From an uncultured Eubacteriales bacterium (GTDB lineage Bacteria > Acidobacteriota > Aminicenantia > Aminicenantales > UBA8522): a stretch of 58,225 bases of DNA. Position 1 is the first letter of the stretch. Each line of letters opens with the position of its first letter. The translations under genes were made by a program, and so were the position numbers. The notes below the pieces were generated by a model. That model worked only from the letters and a program-made list of their open reading frames with translations. It was not told where the DNA came from and made no database searches. The stretch is taken from positions 1 through 58,225 of the forward strand of contig CAZLFV010000006.1 in the NCBI GenBank assembly GCA_964558915.1, in the 5' to 3' direction. Below, piece by piece: positions 37,571 through 46,597 of this stretch.

Positions 37571-38602
37571 CTAATCGAGGGCAATCTTCTTTAGGAGATC
37601 AAGGTCATCCAGGAGCCTCCCTGCTCCGAGCACAACGCTCGTCAGAGGATCATCAGTGACAAAAACAGGCAGCTGGGTTTCCTCGCGCAAGCGTTTGTCG
37701 AGGTTCTTGAGGAGGGCCCCGCCGCCGGTCAAGACAATGCCCCGGTCAATGATATCGGCAGAAAGCTCGGGAGGGGTCTTTTCCAAAGCGATTCTAACAG
37801 CATTGACGATGGCGGCGACCACATCCTCGAGCGCCTCCCGAATTTCCTGATCGTCAATGACAATGGTCTTAGGAATCCCCTCGCGCAGATCACGCCCTTT
37901 GATCTCCATCGTCAAGGGTTCATCCAAAGGATAGGCCGACCCGATCTGCATCTTGACAAACTCGGCGCTTTTTTCGCCGATCAGCAGGTTGTATTTCTTC
38001 TTCAGATATTGGATGATCTCCTCATCCATCTCGTTGCCGGCAACCCTGATAGAATGGTTGAAGACGATCCCGTCAAGAGATATGACGGCGATATCGGTGG
38101 TGCCGCCGCCCACGTCGACGATCATGTTCCCTGTCGGCTCGGAAATCGGTAGGTCCGATCCCACCGCTGCCGTCATGGGTTGCTCCACAAGATAGACCTC
38201 GGACGCTTTGGCCCTCATGGCTACGTCTTTCACGGCCCGCCGCTCGACCTGGGTGATGCCCGTGGGAATGCCGATCACGATCCTCGGCCGCAGCCAGAAG
38301 CCCCGATTGTTGGTCGCCTTTTTAATAAAATAGTCAAGCATCTTCTCGGCAATCTCAAAGTCGGCGATCACTCCATCGCGCATCGGCTTGATCGCCGAGA
38401 CACTCGCCGGCGTTTTCCCCAGCATTTCCTTAGCCCGGCTCCCGACGGCTTCGACTTTTCCAGTTGTCTTATTGACGACAACAATCGAAGGTTCCTGGAC
38501 GATGATTCCCCGTCCCTTGAGGAAGACGAGCGTGTTGGCTGTTCCCAAGTCTATGGCCAGGTCACAAAAGAGCCTTTCCTTGAACCAGCTGATCATACTC
38601 AT
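37571..38602 (-). CDS. mreB: Actin-like rod shape protein MreB
   Basis: IDLGTANT, PMRDGVIADF, VDVGGGTT, LTGGGALL. Confidence 0.97.
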   Translation of the reverse strand: MSMISWFKERLFCDLAIDLGTANTLVFLKGRGIIVQEPSIVVVNKTTGKVEAVGSRAKEMLGKTPASVSAIKPMRDGVIADFEIAEKMLDYFIKKATNNRGFWLRPRIVIGIPTGITQVERRAVKDVAMRAKASEVYLVEQPMTAAVGSDLPISEPTGNMIVDVGGGTTDIAVISLDGIVFNHSIRVAGNEMDEEIIQYLKKKYNLLIGEKSAEFVKMQIGSAYPLDEPLTMEIKGRDLREGIPKTIVIDDQEIREALEDVVAAIVNAVRIALEKTPPELSADIIDRGIVLTGGGALLKNLDKRLREETQLPVFVTDDPLTSVVLGAGRLLDDLDLLKKIALD

Positions 38603-38624
38603 TGTTTTCCTGCAATCTTATTTT

Positions 38625-38653
38625 ATTCTATTTTAGAGCATTCTGATTTGCAA
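38625..38653 (-). promoter_or_regulatory. Sigma70-like promoter for the mre operon
   Basis: TTGCAA-17 bp-TAGAAT on the minus strand. Confidence 0.55.
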
Positions 38654-38736
38654 GGCAAATAAACAATCTAATTTCTTGACTTGGAGAGACATATTTTAAT
38701 ATACATAAAGGCAACGCACTTTTAAAGGAGTGAGGG

Positions 38737-40761
38737 ATGAGCTATCAACCTTATGTCCCCGAAAAGACCAACCTGAGAGAGTTTACCCTGAAAGCCCTGA
38801 TCTTGGGTGTCATCATGACTGTCATCCTGGGCGCTGCCAATGCCTACTTGGGTCTGCGGGCGGGCATGACGATTGCGGCCACGTATCCTGCGGCTGTCAT
38901 CGGGATGGCCGTTCTCAAGCTGATGAGGGGGTCCATCCTGGAGGAGAACATGGCCAGGACGGTGGGATCCATCGGCGAATCCGTCGCTGCAGGCGCAATC
39001 TTTACCATTCCGGCATTCATCATCTCCGGCGCCTGGCTGAAATTTAACACCATCGAGGCCTACCTCAGATCGTCGGCCCTGATGTTCGTTGGCGGCCTCT
39101 TGGGCATTATGTTCGTGACTTTCCTGAGAAGGGTCATGGTCACAGACCCGGAGCTTTTATTTCCTGAATCTGTGGCCGCGTCCGAGATCCATAAAGCCGG
39201 GCAGAAAGGCAGCCAGGGAGCCAAGTTCCTTTTTCAAGCAATGGGAGTGGGCGCGCTCATCTACGCCCTGGGCGTCGTCCGGATTTTTGCCGCGAGCAAG
39301 GAGTTCATTATCAAGGTGGGCAAGATCGGGTTGAGTTTTGTTCGCCTGGGCACCGCCCAGGATGCTCCGAAAGTGGTCGGAGGAGGAACCGTCGCTGTGG
39401 CCGGTCCAGGAATATATCCCGCTTATGTCGGGGTTGGCTACATTATCGGTCCGCGTCTGGCCTCGCTCAATTTCGCCGGGGGAGTCCTGGCCTGGGGACT
39501 TTTTGCTCCGCTTCTGATGTTCTTCCTGGGTCCCCAGCTCGTCGAAAAATTCTACGGCCCTGGTATGGCTGTGGCCGATGTCGGCTGGTCCGACATGATG
39601 CTCAATGTCTGGAAATTCATCATTCGGCCGATCGCCGTCGGAGGGATGCTTGTGGGTGCCGGCTACACCCTCTTCCGTATGCGCAAGAACCTTGCCGCCG
39701 GCATGAAGCGCTCGATCGGCGACGTCAGGAAGGCGACCGGACAGGTCCAGGTCACCTCCCGCATCGAAAAGGACCTCAATATCCGCCTGGTCCTCGGTAT
39801 ACTGGCAATTACCTTCGTCATGATGATCTTCGTCTATAAAATATTTTCCGGGACCTTCGCCTCGGCGCTCCTGGCCGCTGCAGTCATGGCCGTGGCCGGG
39901 TTCTTCTTCGCGGCCGTGTCAGGGAACCTCGTCGGCCAGATCGGATCTTCCAACAACCCCATCTCCGGGCTCACTTTGTCCACGCTCATCATTGCGGCCC
40001 TTCTTATGGTTGTCATAGGAGCCACAGGGGCTAGCGGTGTGGCCGCCGTGCTCGGTGTTGCCGCTGTAGTGTGCGTCTCCTCGGCTGTGGCCGGGGAGAT
40101 GCTCCAGGACCTCAAGGTCGGACACATCCTTGGCGGAACTCCCTGGAAGATGCAGGCTGGAAATATTTTTGGAATCCTGTTCGCGTCTCTGGCTCTTTAT
40201 TTCCCCCTGCTTGTCCTTCATGGAGCTTTCACCTTCGGCAGCAGGGAGCTCTCCGCACCCCAGGCCGGGCTGATGGCCGCGCTGGCTCAAGGGATCGTCG
40301 GCAAAGAGATGGCCTGGCCTCTGGTCATCGTGGGGATGCTAATGGGCTTCGCCTTCATTTTGGTGCAGGTGAGGTCCCCTATGCTTGTGGCTGTGGGGAT
40401 GTATCTCCCGTTAGAAACGACCTTTGCTATTTTCTGCGGCGGAATGATCAAGGGGATGGTGGACCGGATATCCAACCGCAAAGCGCTCAACCCGGCCCAG
40501 AAGACGCGCGTGGAGAACGTCGGAGTCCTCCTGGCCTCGGGCCTCATCGCCGGAGAAGCTCTGACCGCCCTGGTTCGCGCAACCTGGAAATTCATGTTCT
40601 TCCAGAAAGTGGTGGGGGTAGACGTTCCGGAGATTTTTGCCAATGCCAGCTATTACATCGGCTTGGCCGTTCTCGTCCTGATCGGCGCCTATTTGATTTT
40701 CATTCCGTTGCGCAGCGCCGGCAAGGCAGACGAACCGCCCCCACCGTCTGCGATTGTTTAA
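38737..40761 (+). CDS. OPT family oligopeptide transporter
   Basis: ANAYLGLRAG, ILEEN, FPES, GSSNNPISG, QDLKVGH ... TPW, APQA, SGLIAGE. Confidence 0.93.
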   Translation: MSYQPYVPEKTNLREFTLKALILGVIMTVILGAANAYLGLRAGMTIAATYPAAVIGMAVLKLMRGSILEENMARTVGSIGESVAAGAIFTIPAFIISGAWLKFNTIEAYLRSSALMFVGGLLGIMFVTFLRRVMVTDPELLFPESVAASEIHKAGQKGSQGAKFLFQAMGVGALIYALGVVRIFAASKEFIIKVGKIGLSFVRLGTAQDAPKVVGGGTVAVAGPGIYPAYVGVGYIIGPRLASLNFAGGVLAWGLFAPLLMFFLGPQLVEKFYGPGMAVADVGWSDMMLNVWKFIIRPIAVGGMLVGAGYTLFRMRKNLAAGMKRSIGDVRKATGQVQVTSRIEKDLNIRLVLGILAITFVMMIFVYKIFSGTFASALLAAAVMAVAGFFFAAVSGNLVGQIGSSNNPISGLTLSTLIIAALLMVVIGATGASGVAAVLGVAAVVCVSSAVAGEMLQDLKVGHILGGTPWKMQAGNIFGILFASLALYFPLLVLHGAFTFGSRELSAPQAGLMAALAQGIVGKEMAWPLVIVGMLMGFAFILVQVRSPMLVAVGMYLPLETTFAIFCGGMIKGMVDRISNRKALNPAQKTRVENVGVLLASGLIAGEALTALVRATWKFMFFQKVVGVDVPEIFANASYYIGLAVLVLIGAYLIFIPLRSAGKADEPPPPSAIV

Positions 40762-40793
40762 AGCGATAAGTTTTTATAATAGGTTCTGCCAAA

Positions 40794-41309
40794 ATGCCCA
40801 TTCTCGAAATCATTAAGTACGGAAATCCCATCCTCGCGCAGGTGGCCCAGCCCGTTCAGAGAATGGACGAGGAAATCCTCCGGCTCGCTCAGGATATGGT
40901 TCTAACAATGCATGCCGCTCCGGGCATTGGGCTGGCCGCGCCGCAAGTGAACGTGAGCAGGAGATTGATAACGATCGACCTTTCCGTTGGGGAAAATCCA
41001 GATGATCTCATCATCCTGGCGAACCCTGAGTTCCTCGAGGCCGAAGGTGAGACCATCCAGGAGGAGGGCTGCCTTTCCGTCCCCGGGATTCAGGAGAAAG
41101 TGAAAAGGCCGGGCCGGGTTCGTGTGAAAGGGATCGACATCGGAGGCAAAGATAGAGTCATCGAAGCCAGCGGTCTTTTGGCGCGTGTCTTCTGCCATGA
41201 AATCGATCATATCAATGGAAGATTGTTTATAGAAAACCTGTCTCCCCTGAAAAAGGCTCTTATCAAGAAAAAGCTCAGAAGGGAGCAGTCAATCGGCCCA
41301 GAGGGATGA
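40794..41309 (+). CDS. def: Peptide deformylase
   Basis: GIGLAAPQV, EGCLS, HEIDH. Confidence 0.97.
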   Translation: MPILEIIKYGNPILAQVAQPVQRMDEEILRLAQDMVLTMHAAPGIGLAAPQVNVSRRLITIDLSVGENPDDLIILANPEFLEAEGETIQEEGCLSVPGIQEKVKRPGRVRVKGIDIGGKDRVIEASGLLARVFCHEIDHINGRLFIENLSPLKKALIKKKLRREQSIGPEG

Positions 41310-42238
41310 GGGTTATATTTTTTGGAAGTCCGGCCATCGCTGTGCCGTTCTTGGAAAAACTCCTGCTGACGGGACACACAGTCGAGTCCGTCGTCACGCA
41401 GCCGGATCGGCCGTCCGGAAGAGGAAAGATCACCAAGGCTCCCCCCGTTAAGCAGTTCGCCCAAAAACGGGCAATCCCAGTTTTTCAGCCCGCCAAAATC
41501 CGGCAGGCTGAAGAGGTCACGGCGGAAATTAAACAGATCAACCCGGATATCAACATCGTCGTTGCCTACGGGCAGATCATCCCAGCTTCAATAATCTATC
41601 TGCCCAGGTTCAAATCGATCAATGTTCACTTTTCCCTTCTTCCGAAATATCGAGGGGCCGCGCCGGTTCAATGGGCCATCCTGAATGGCGAGAAAAAAAC
41701 TGGAGTCACCATCTTCGAGCTCAATGAAAAAATGGATGAAGGAGACATCCTGGCTACCGAGGCAACAGACATCCTCGAGAGCGAGAATGCCCCGCAGTTG
41801 GAAGCGCGGCTTGCTCAAATGGGGACAACATTGCTTATTGATACACTCGCGAGAATCCAGGATGTTCGGCCCATCCCTCAGGATCACTCTCAAGCGTCAT
41901 ACGCCCCTCGCTTGAACAAAGAGCAGGGCCGCATTGACTGGACGAAAGACGCTCAGCGGGTGGACAGAACGGTTCGAGCTCTGACTCCCTGGCCGGCGGC
42001 CTTCACTTTCTTCAAGGGTCAGCGAATCATTGTTCATGCTGGCCGGATTAAAGCTGACCGAGGATTCTCGGGCCTGCCGGGCCAGGTGCTCGAGGCAAAA
42101 AAAGCCGGGGTTGAGGTGGGCTGCGGACACGGTGGCGTTTATGTTATAGAGCGTCTCCAGCAGGAAAACAAAAAGGTCTTGGATGCCGCGGAGTTCCTGC
42201 GCGGGACGAAGATCAATCCTGCAGATTTTCTTGAATGA
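41306..42238 (+). CDS. fmt: Methionyl-tRNA formyltransferase
   Basis: VVTQPDRP, VAYG, NVHFSLLPKYRGAAP, MDEGD. Confidence 0.97.
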   Translation: MRVIFFGSPAIAVPFLEKLLLTGHTVESVVTQPDRPSGRGKITKAPPVKQFAQKRAIPVFQPAKIRQAEEVTAEIKQINPDINIVVAYGQIIPASIIYLPRFKSINVHFSLLPKYRGAAPVQWAILNGEKKTGVTIFELNEKMDEGDILATEATDILESENAPQLEARLAQMGTTLLIDTLARIQDVRPIPQDHSQASYAPRLNKEQGRIDWTKDAQRVDRTVRALTPWPAAFTFFKGQRIIVHAGRIKADRGFSGLPGQVLEAKKAGVEVGCGHGGVYVIERLQQENKKVLDAAEFLRGTKINPADFLE

Positions 42239-42256
42239 GGGGGGAACGGCGGATTC

Positions 42257-43162
42257 TTATTCTTCGAGGATATAATTGTAGGGGTTTTTGGGACGGTTAT
42301 TCACCCGGACTTCATAGTGGAGATGGGGACCTAAGGCCTTGCCCGTTTTTCCGACAAGACCGATCACGTCTCCTCTTTTGACTTTTTGCCCTCCCCTGAT
42401 CAGAACCTTGCTGAGATGGAGATAGTGGGTGGTTACGCCGCTGCCGTGGCTCAGGACGATATTTCTGCCCGCCATCTTGTCCAGTCCGATGGAAAGAACG
42501 ATGCCGTCAGCAGTCGCGACAACCGGGTTTCCAAAATTTGTGGCGATGTCGATTCCGTAATGGAACGTCTTCTGACCTGTGAACGGGTCAAGCCGCTGAG
42601 TGAAGGGGGAGCTGACCCAGCCGATGGTCGGCCAGATCGTCGGAGTAAAGGCCAGCTTCACGGCCTGCATTTCAAAATAGCTAGTCAGAACGTTCAGATC
42701 TTTCCCGATGTCCTCAGCTTTTTGGGCAAGTTCCTTGGCATCCTGGAGGGTGACGCCTTGGGCTGAGGAGGGAACGGCCGGCACGGCCTGATCATCTATT
42801 CCCTCTGTTGGCCCTCCTCCGATTCCCATCTCTTGCATGACTTCAGGGGATTTGAGTCCAGCCATGACACTCAGCTTCTTGGTGTAACTCTCGTAATCCT
42901 TGATCGTTTGCTTCAGTTTCCTGACCGAGTTCTCGTAATCAGCCAAGAGCTGACCTTGTTCAGTGGTCTGCTTGAGCAGCTCTTTATACTTCGCACGAGT
43001 AACATTCATGGTGAAATAATCAACCATAAAGACAATCACAACAAGGACGCAAGAAACGCAAACGCCCAAGAGGGCCTTAAGAGCTCGATGGGAAAGGGTG
43101 ATGGTCTTAAACCTCTTGGCGCAGTGGGGAACAATAATCAAAGAAAATCGCTTTTTTGCCAT
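42257..43162 (-). CDS. M23 family peptidoglycan metallopeptidase with TM anchor and coiled coil
   Basis: HYGID (HxxxD), YLHL, GPHLHYEV. Confidence 0.92.
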   Translation of the reverse strand: MAKKRFSLIIVPHCAKRFKTITLSHRALKALLGVCVSCVLVVIVFMVDYFTMNVTRAKYKELLKQTTEQGQLLADYENSVRKLKQTIKDYESYTKKLSVMAGLKSPEVMQEMGIGGGPTEGIDDQAVPAVPSSAQGVTLQDAKELAQKAEDIGKDLNVLTSYFEMQAVKLAFTPTIWPTIGWVSSPFTQRLDPFTGQKTFHYGIDIATNFGNPVVATADGIVLSIGLDKMAGRNIVLSHGSGVTTHYLHLSKVLIRGGQKVKRGDVIGLVGKTGKALGPHLHYEVRVNNRPKNPYNYILEE

Positions 43163-43213
43163 AAACCCTCCCTTTGATTACCAGATTAAAAAATCAAAGT
43201 CAAGGGGTTAACT

Positions 43214-43624
43214 TTATTTTTTTTCGGAAGCAGGGAAATTTTCCCTGATCCACCTGACAATATCTTGAGTGGATGTGCCTGGCAGGAAGATTTCCCGGAT
43301 GCCTAATTTTTTCATTTTGGGGATGTCTCTTTCAGGGATGATCCCACCGGCAATGACAGGGATATCCCCCGCGCCCTTCTCCTTGAGAAGCTTGATAATT
43401 TTGGGGAAAAGAATGGGATGAGCCCCAGAGAGAATGCTCAGGCCGATGAGGTCCACGTCTTCCTGGATAGCGGCATTGACAATCTCTTCGGGCGTTCGCC
43501 GTAAACCTGTATAGATAACTTCCATCCCGGCATCCCGCAGGGCGCGGCAGACCACTTTGGCGCCGCGATCGTGCCCGTCGAGTCCAGGCTTGGCCACTAC
43601 GATCCTTATTTTTTTGCTCGACAT
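43214..43624 (-). CDS. Cobalamin-binding small subunit of an acyl-CoA mutase
   Basis: [10 protein letters not shown] (DxHxxG), [17 protein letters not shown] 43624 after GAGG. Confidence 0.93.
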   Translation of the reverse strand: MSSKKIRIVVAKPGLDGHDRGAKVVCRALRDAGMEVIYTGLRRTPEEIVNAAIQEDVDLIGLSILSGAHPILFPKIIKLLKEKGAGDIPVIAGGIIPERDIPKMKKLGIREIFLPGTSTQDIVRWIRENFPASEKK

Positions 43625-43653
43625 CGCTTCCTCCCTGACTTGGCCCTCCCCTT

Positions 43654-45333
43654 TCAAAACATGATGGGTTCCTGATAACCTCCGAAGATTTCTTTCAATG
43701 AATCCATGATCTCTTCCAAGGAGGCGTATGTTTTGACGCAGTTCAAAAGATAAGGCATGAGATTCAGGTCATCCGCGGCCGCCTTTTTCAACTCTGCAAG
43801 AGACCGCCTAACCCTAGCCTGGTTTCGCGAACGCCTGACCTCCCTCAGCCGGGCGAGCTGCTGGCGGGCAACGGCCTCATCAATGCACAAGATCGGGATC
43901 GGCTCGTGCTTCATCTCAAAAGCGTTTACCCCGACGATGATTTTTTCCTTTCTGTCCACGGCCGTCTGATACTGATACGCGCTATCCGCAATCTCTCTTT
44001 GCGGGAATCCGAGCTCGATGGCTTTGACCATTCCTCCCATATCGTCGATCTTCTTGATGTATTCACCGGCTTCCTTCTCCATGTCCCGGGTCAGAGCCTC
44101 CACCATATAGGCTCCTCCCAAAGGATCAATGGAGTTGGGCACGCCGCTTTCGTGGGCGATGATCTGCTGGGTCCTCAGGGCAATAGTGACGGCCTCTTCC
44201 GAGGGCAAAGCATAGGTTTCATCAAGCGAATTGGTGTGCAGGGATTGGGTCCCTCCGAGCACGGCCGCCAGCGCCTGGATGGTGACGCGAACAATATTAT
44301 TATACGGCTGCTGGGCCATTAGAGAGACTCCGGATGTTTGGGTATGGAACCGCAACCACCAGGACCTGGGGTTTTTGGATCCAAATCGTTCCCTCATTAT
44401 CCTCGCCCAGATTCGTCGGGCGGCCCTGAACTTGGCGATCTCCTCAAAAAAATCATTGTGCGAGTTGAAGAAGAAGGACAGACGGGGTGCAAAATCATCG
44501 AGTTCGAGGCCTCTCTTGAGGGCCCACTCCACATACTCGATCCCGTCTCTGATGGTGAACGCCAATTCCTGAACGGCGGTCGCGCCCGCTTCCCGGATAT
44601 GGTATCCCGAGATCGAGATGGTGTTCCAGCGAGGAACTTCCTGAGCCCCGTATTCAAACGTGTCGACGATCAGTTTCATCGAAGGCCGCGGGGGGAAGAC
44701 GAAAGTCTTTTGGGCAATGTATTCCTTGAGGATATCATTTTGAATCGTCCCGGAGATAACCTTGGGGGAAATGCCCCGCTTCTGGGCGACGGCAATGTAC
44801 ATGGCCCAGAGTACGGCCGCCGGTGCATTGATCGTCATCGAGGTGGTGATCTTATCCAAAGGGATGCCTTTGAAGAGGATCTCCATGTCGGCCAGGGTAT
44901 CGATGGCCACCCCACACTTGCCGATTTCTCCCCTCGCCAGCGGATTATCAGAGTCTATTCCCATTAGGGTTGGGAGATGAAAGGCGACGCTGAGTCCGGT
45001 CTGTCCATGGGAAAGAAGATACTTGTAGCGTTTGTTTGTATCCTCGGCCGTCCCGAATCCGGAGAACTGACGCATCGTCCAGAGACGGCCCCGGTACATG
45101 GTCGGGTGGACTCCCCGAGTGAAGGGATATTCACCGGGATAGTTCAAGTCTTTGAGATAATCAGATCCCAATATATCGGCAGGAGTATAGAGTTCTTTGA
45201 TTTGTCTTCCCGAGACAGTAGTAAAAGCTTTCTTCGGGAGGCAGGCGTCCACTCCGGCCCGGCGGTATTTTGTTTTCTTCCACTTCTCATAGGACGCTTC
45301 CAAACTCGCTGCCTTGGGCTTCCGTTCTGCCAA
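43654..45333 (-). CDS. Acyl-CoA mutase large subunit (MCM family; isobutyryl-CoA-mutase-type specificity residues)
   Basis: [55 protein letters not shown] start after AGGAGGAG. Confidence 0.93.
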   Translation of the reverse strand: MAERKPKAASLEASYEKWKKTKYRRAGVDACLPKKAFTTVSGRQIKELYTPADILGSDYLKDLNYPGEYPFTRGVHPTMYRGRLWTMRQFSGFGTAEDTNKRYKYLLSHGQTGLSVAFHLPTLMGIDSDNPLARGEIGKCGVAIDTLADMEILFKGIPLDKITTSMTINAPAAVLWAMYIAVAQKRGISPKVISGTIQNDILKEYIAQKTFVFPPRPSMKLIVDTFEYGAQEVPRWNTISISGYHIREAGATAVQELAFTIRDGIEYVEWALKRGLELDDFAPRLSFFFNSHNDFFEEIAKFRAARRIWARIMRERFGSKNPRSWWLRFHTQTSGVSLMAQQPYNNIVRVTIQALAAVLGGTQSLHTNSLDETYALPSEEAVTIALRTQQIIAHESGVPNSIDPLGGAYMVEALTRDMEKEAGEYIKKIDDMGGMVKAIELGFPQREIADSAYQYQTAVDRKEKIIVGVNAFEMKHEPIPILCIDEAVARQQLARLREVRRSRNQARVRRSLAELKKAAADDLNLMPYLLNCVKTYASLEEIMDSLKEIFGGYQEPIMF

Positions 45334-45418
45334 CCCCGTCTCCTCCTTGTTTTCGAGAAAACCTAGAACATCAGAACTGAGCGAGAAAAATCCTGAGCCG
45401 AGTCAAAGCCCAGGCCCG

Positions 45419-45676
45419 TCAGTCCTCTGTGACAATGAAGACCAAGTCGTGTTCCCGGACATGCGATTCCACCCGCAACCCGAATGATTCTCCCTTCTTG
45501 GCCGAAGTCACGTTGCAATGTTCGACCTGCATGGATTCGACTTTTTGGTAGAGGTCAGTTGTGTGCCCTTTGATATGAATGGTGTCGCCAACCTTGAGGC
45601 TTCCCTTTGTCAGCTCGACCACGCCCACACCGATCTTGGAGAAATAATGGGTAATTCTTCCGATCTCTTCCTCCAT
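45419..45676 (-). CDS. Small beta-barrel protein (translation-factor domain II / U32 C-terminal-like)
   Basis: IGRITHYFSKIGV ... LKVGDTIHIKGHTTD ... VESMQ ... AKKG ... VREHD; GGAGG RBS. Confidence 0.8.
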   Translation of the reverse strand: MEEEIGRITHYFSKIGVGVVELTKGSLKVGDTIHIKGHTTDLYQKVESMQVEHCNVTSAKKGESFGLRVESHVREHDLVFIVTED

Positions 45677-45769
45677 CTCGTCCTCCTTCCTGTGGATACG
45701 CCAAAAGTTACCAGAAAAGGCAAATTTTGGCAAGACGCAATTTTTATCAGGCGCGTCTTGGGATTAAAG

Positions 45770-46534
45770 CTATCCGCTCAGGACGGCGCCGCCGTTGACG
45801 TTGATGACCGCCCCAGTGATATGCCTTGACAAGTCTGAGGCCAGGAACAGGATTGGCCCTGCGATATCCTCAGGCGGAGGAATTCTCTTCAGGGGGATGG
45901 ACTGCCGGACGCTCTCCTTGAACCCGGGATCGCTGAAGACCTCGGCGCACATGTCTGTGTCTACCCAGCCCGGCGCGACAGCGTTGACCCTGATATTGTA
46001 AGGGGCCAACTCTACTGCCCAGGACTTGGTCAAGGCGTTCACCGCACCCTTGGTCGCCGCGTAATGCGAATGGAACGCCTCTCCGCGGATCGCCGCGGTC
46101 GAGGCGACATTGATGATCCAGCCTTGCATTTTCTTTTTCATGTGCGGGACGACGGCGTTGGTGACATAAAAGACAGAGTCAAGGTTGATCTCCATCGTCT
46201 CTTTCAGGACCTCGCTGACCATAGCTCCCATCTCCAGGTATGTCCAGACCCCGGCATTATTCACCAGGACATCCACGCCGCCAAGTTCTTTGATGACGGC
46301 CTCGACCATCTCGTTCGCTTTTTTTTCTTTAGAAATATCGGCTTTCAGAAGCAGACATTTTCGTCCCAAGTCCTCGACTTCCGCCCTGACCTCCTCGGCC
46401 GCCGCGGTATTGGACACATAATTTATGGCAACGTCGCTTCCGGCTTGGCCGAACAAAATAGCGGTGGCCCGGCCGATGCCGCGCGACCCGCCCGTGATGA
46501 GTGTTCTTTTTCCGGCTAAATCGATTACCATCAT
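45770..46534 (-). CDS. Short-chain dehydrogenase/reductase (FabG-like)
   Basis: TGGSRGIG, NNAG, YAATK, NAVAPG. Confidence 0.92.
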   Translation of the reverse strand: MMVIDLAGKRTLITGGSRGIGRATAILFGQAGSDVAINYVSNTAAAEEVRAEVEDLGRKCLLLKADISKEKKANEMVEAVIKELGGVDVLVNNAGVWTYLEMGAMVSEVLKETMEINLDSVFYVTNAVVPHMKKKMQGWIINVASTAAIRGEAFHSHYAATKGAVNALTKSWAVELAPYNIRVNAVAPGWVDTDMCAEVFSDPGFKESVRQSIPLKRIPPPEDIAGPILFLASDLSRHITGAVINVNGGAVLSG

Positions 46535-46597
46535 ACCTTCTCCTCCGGCTTTGCCCGAGCAGGCATTGAATTCATCCTGAATTATCTCACGGCCAAT

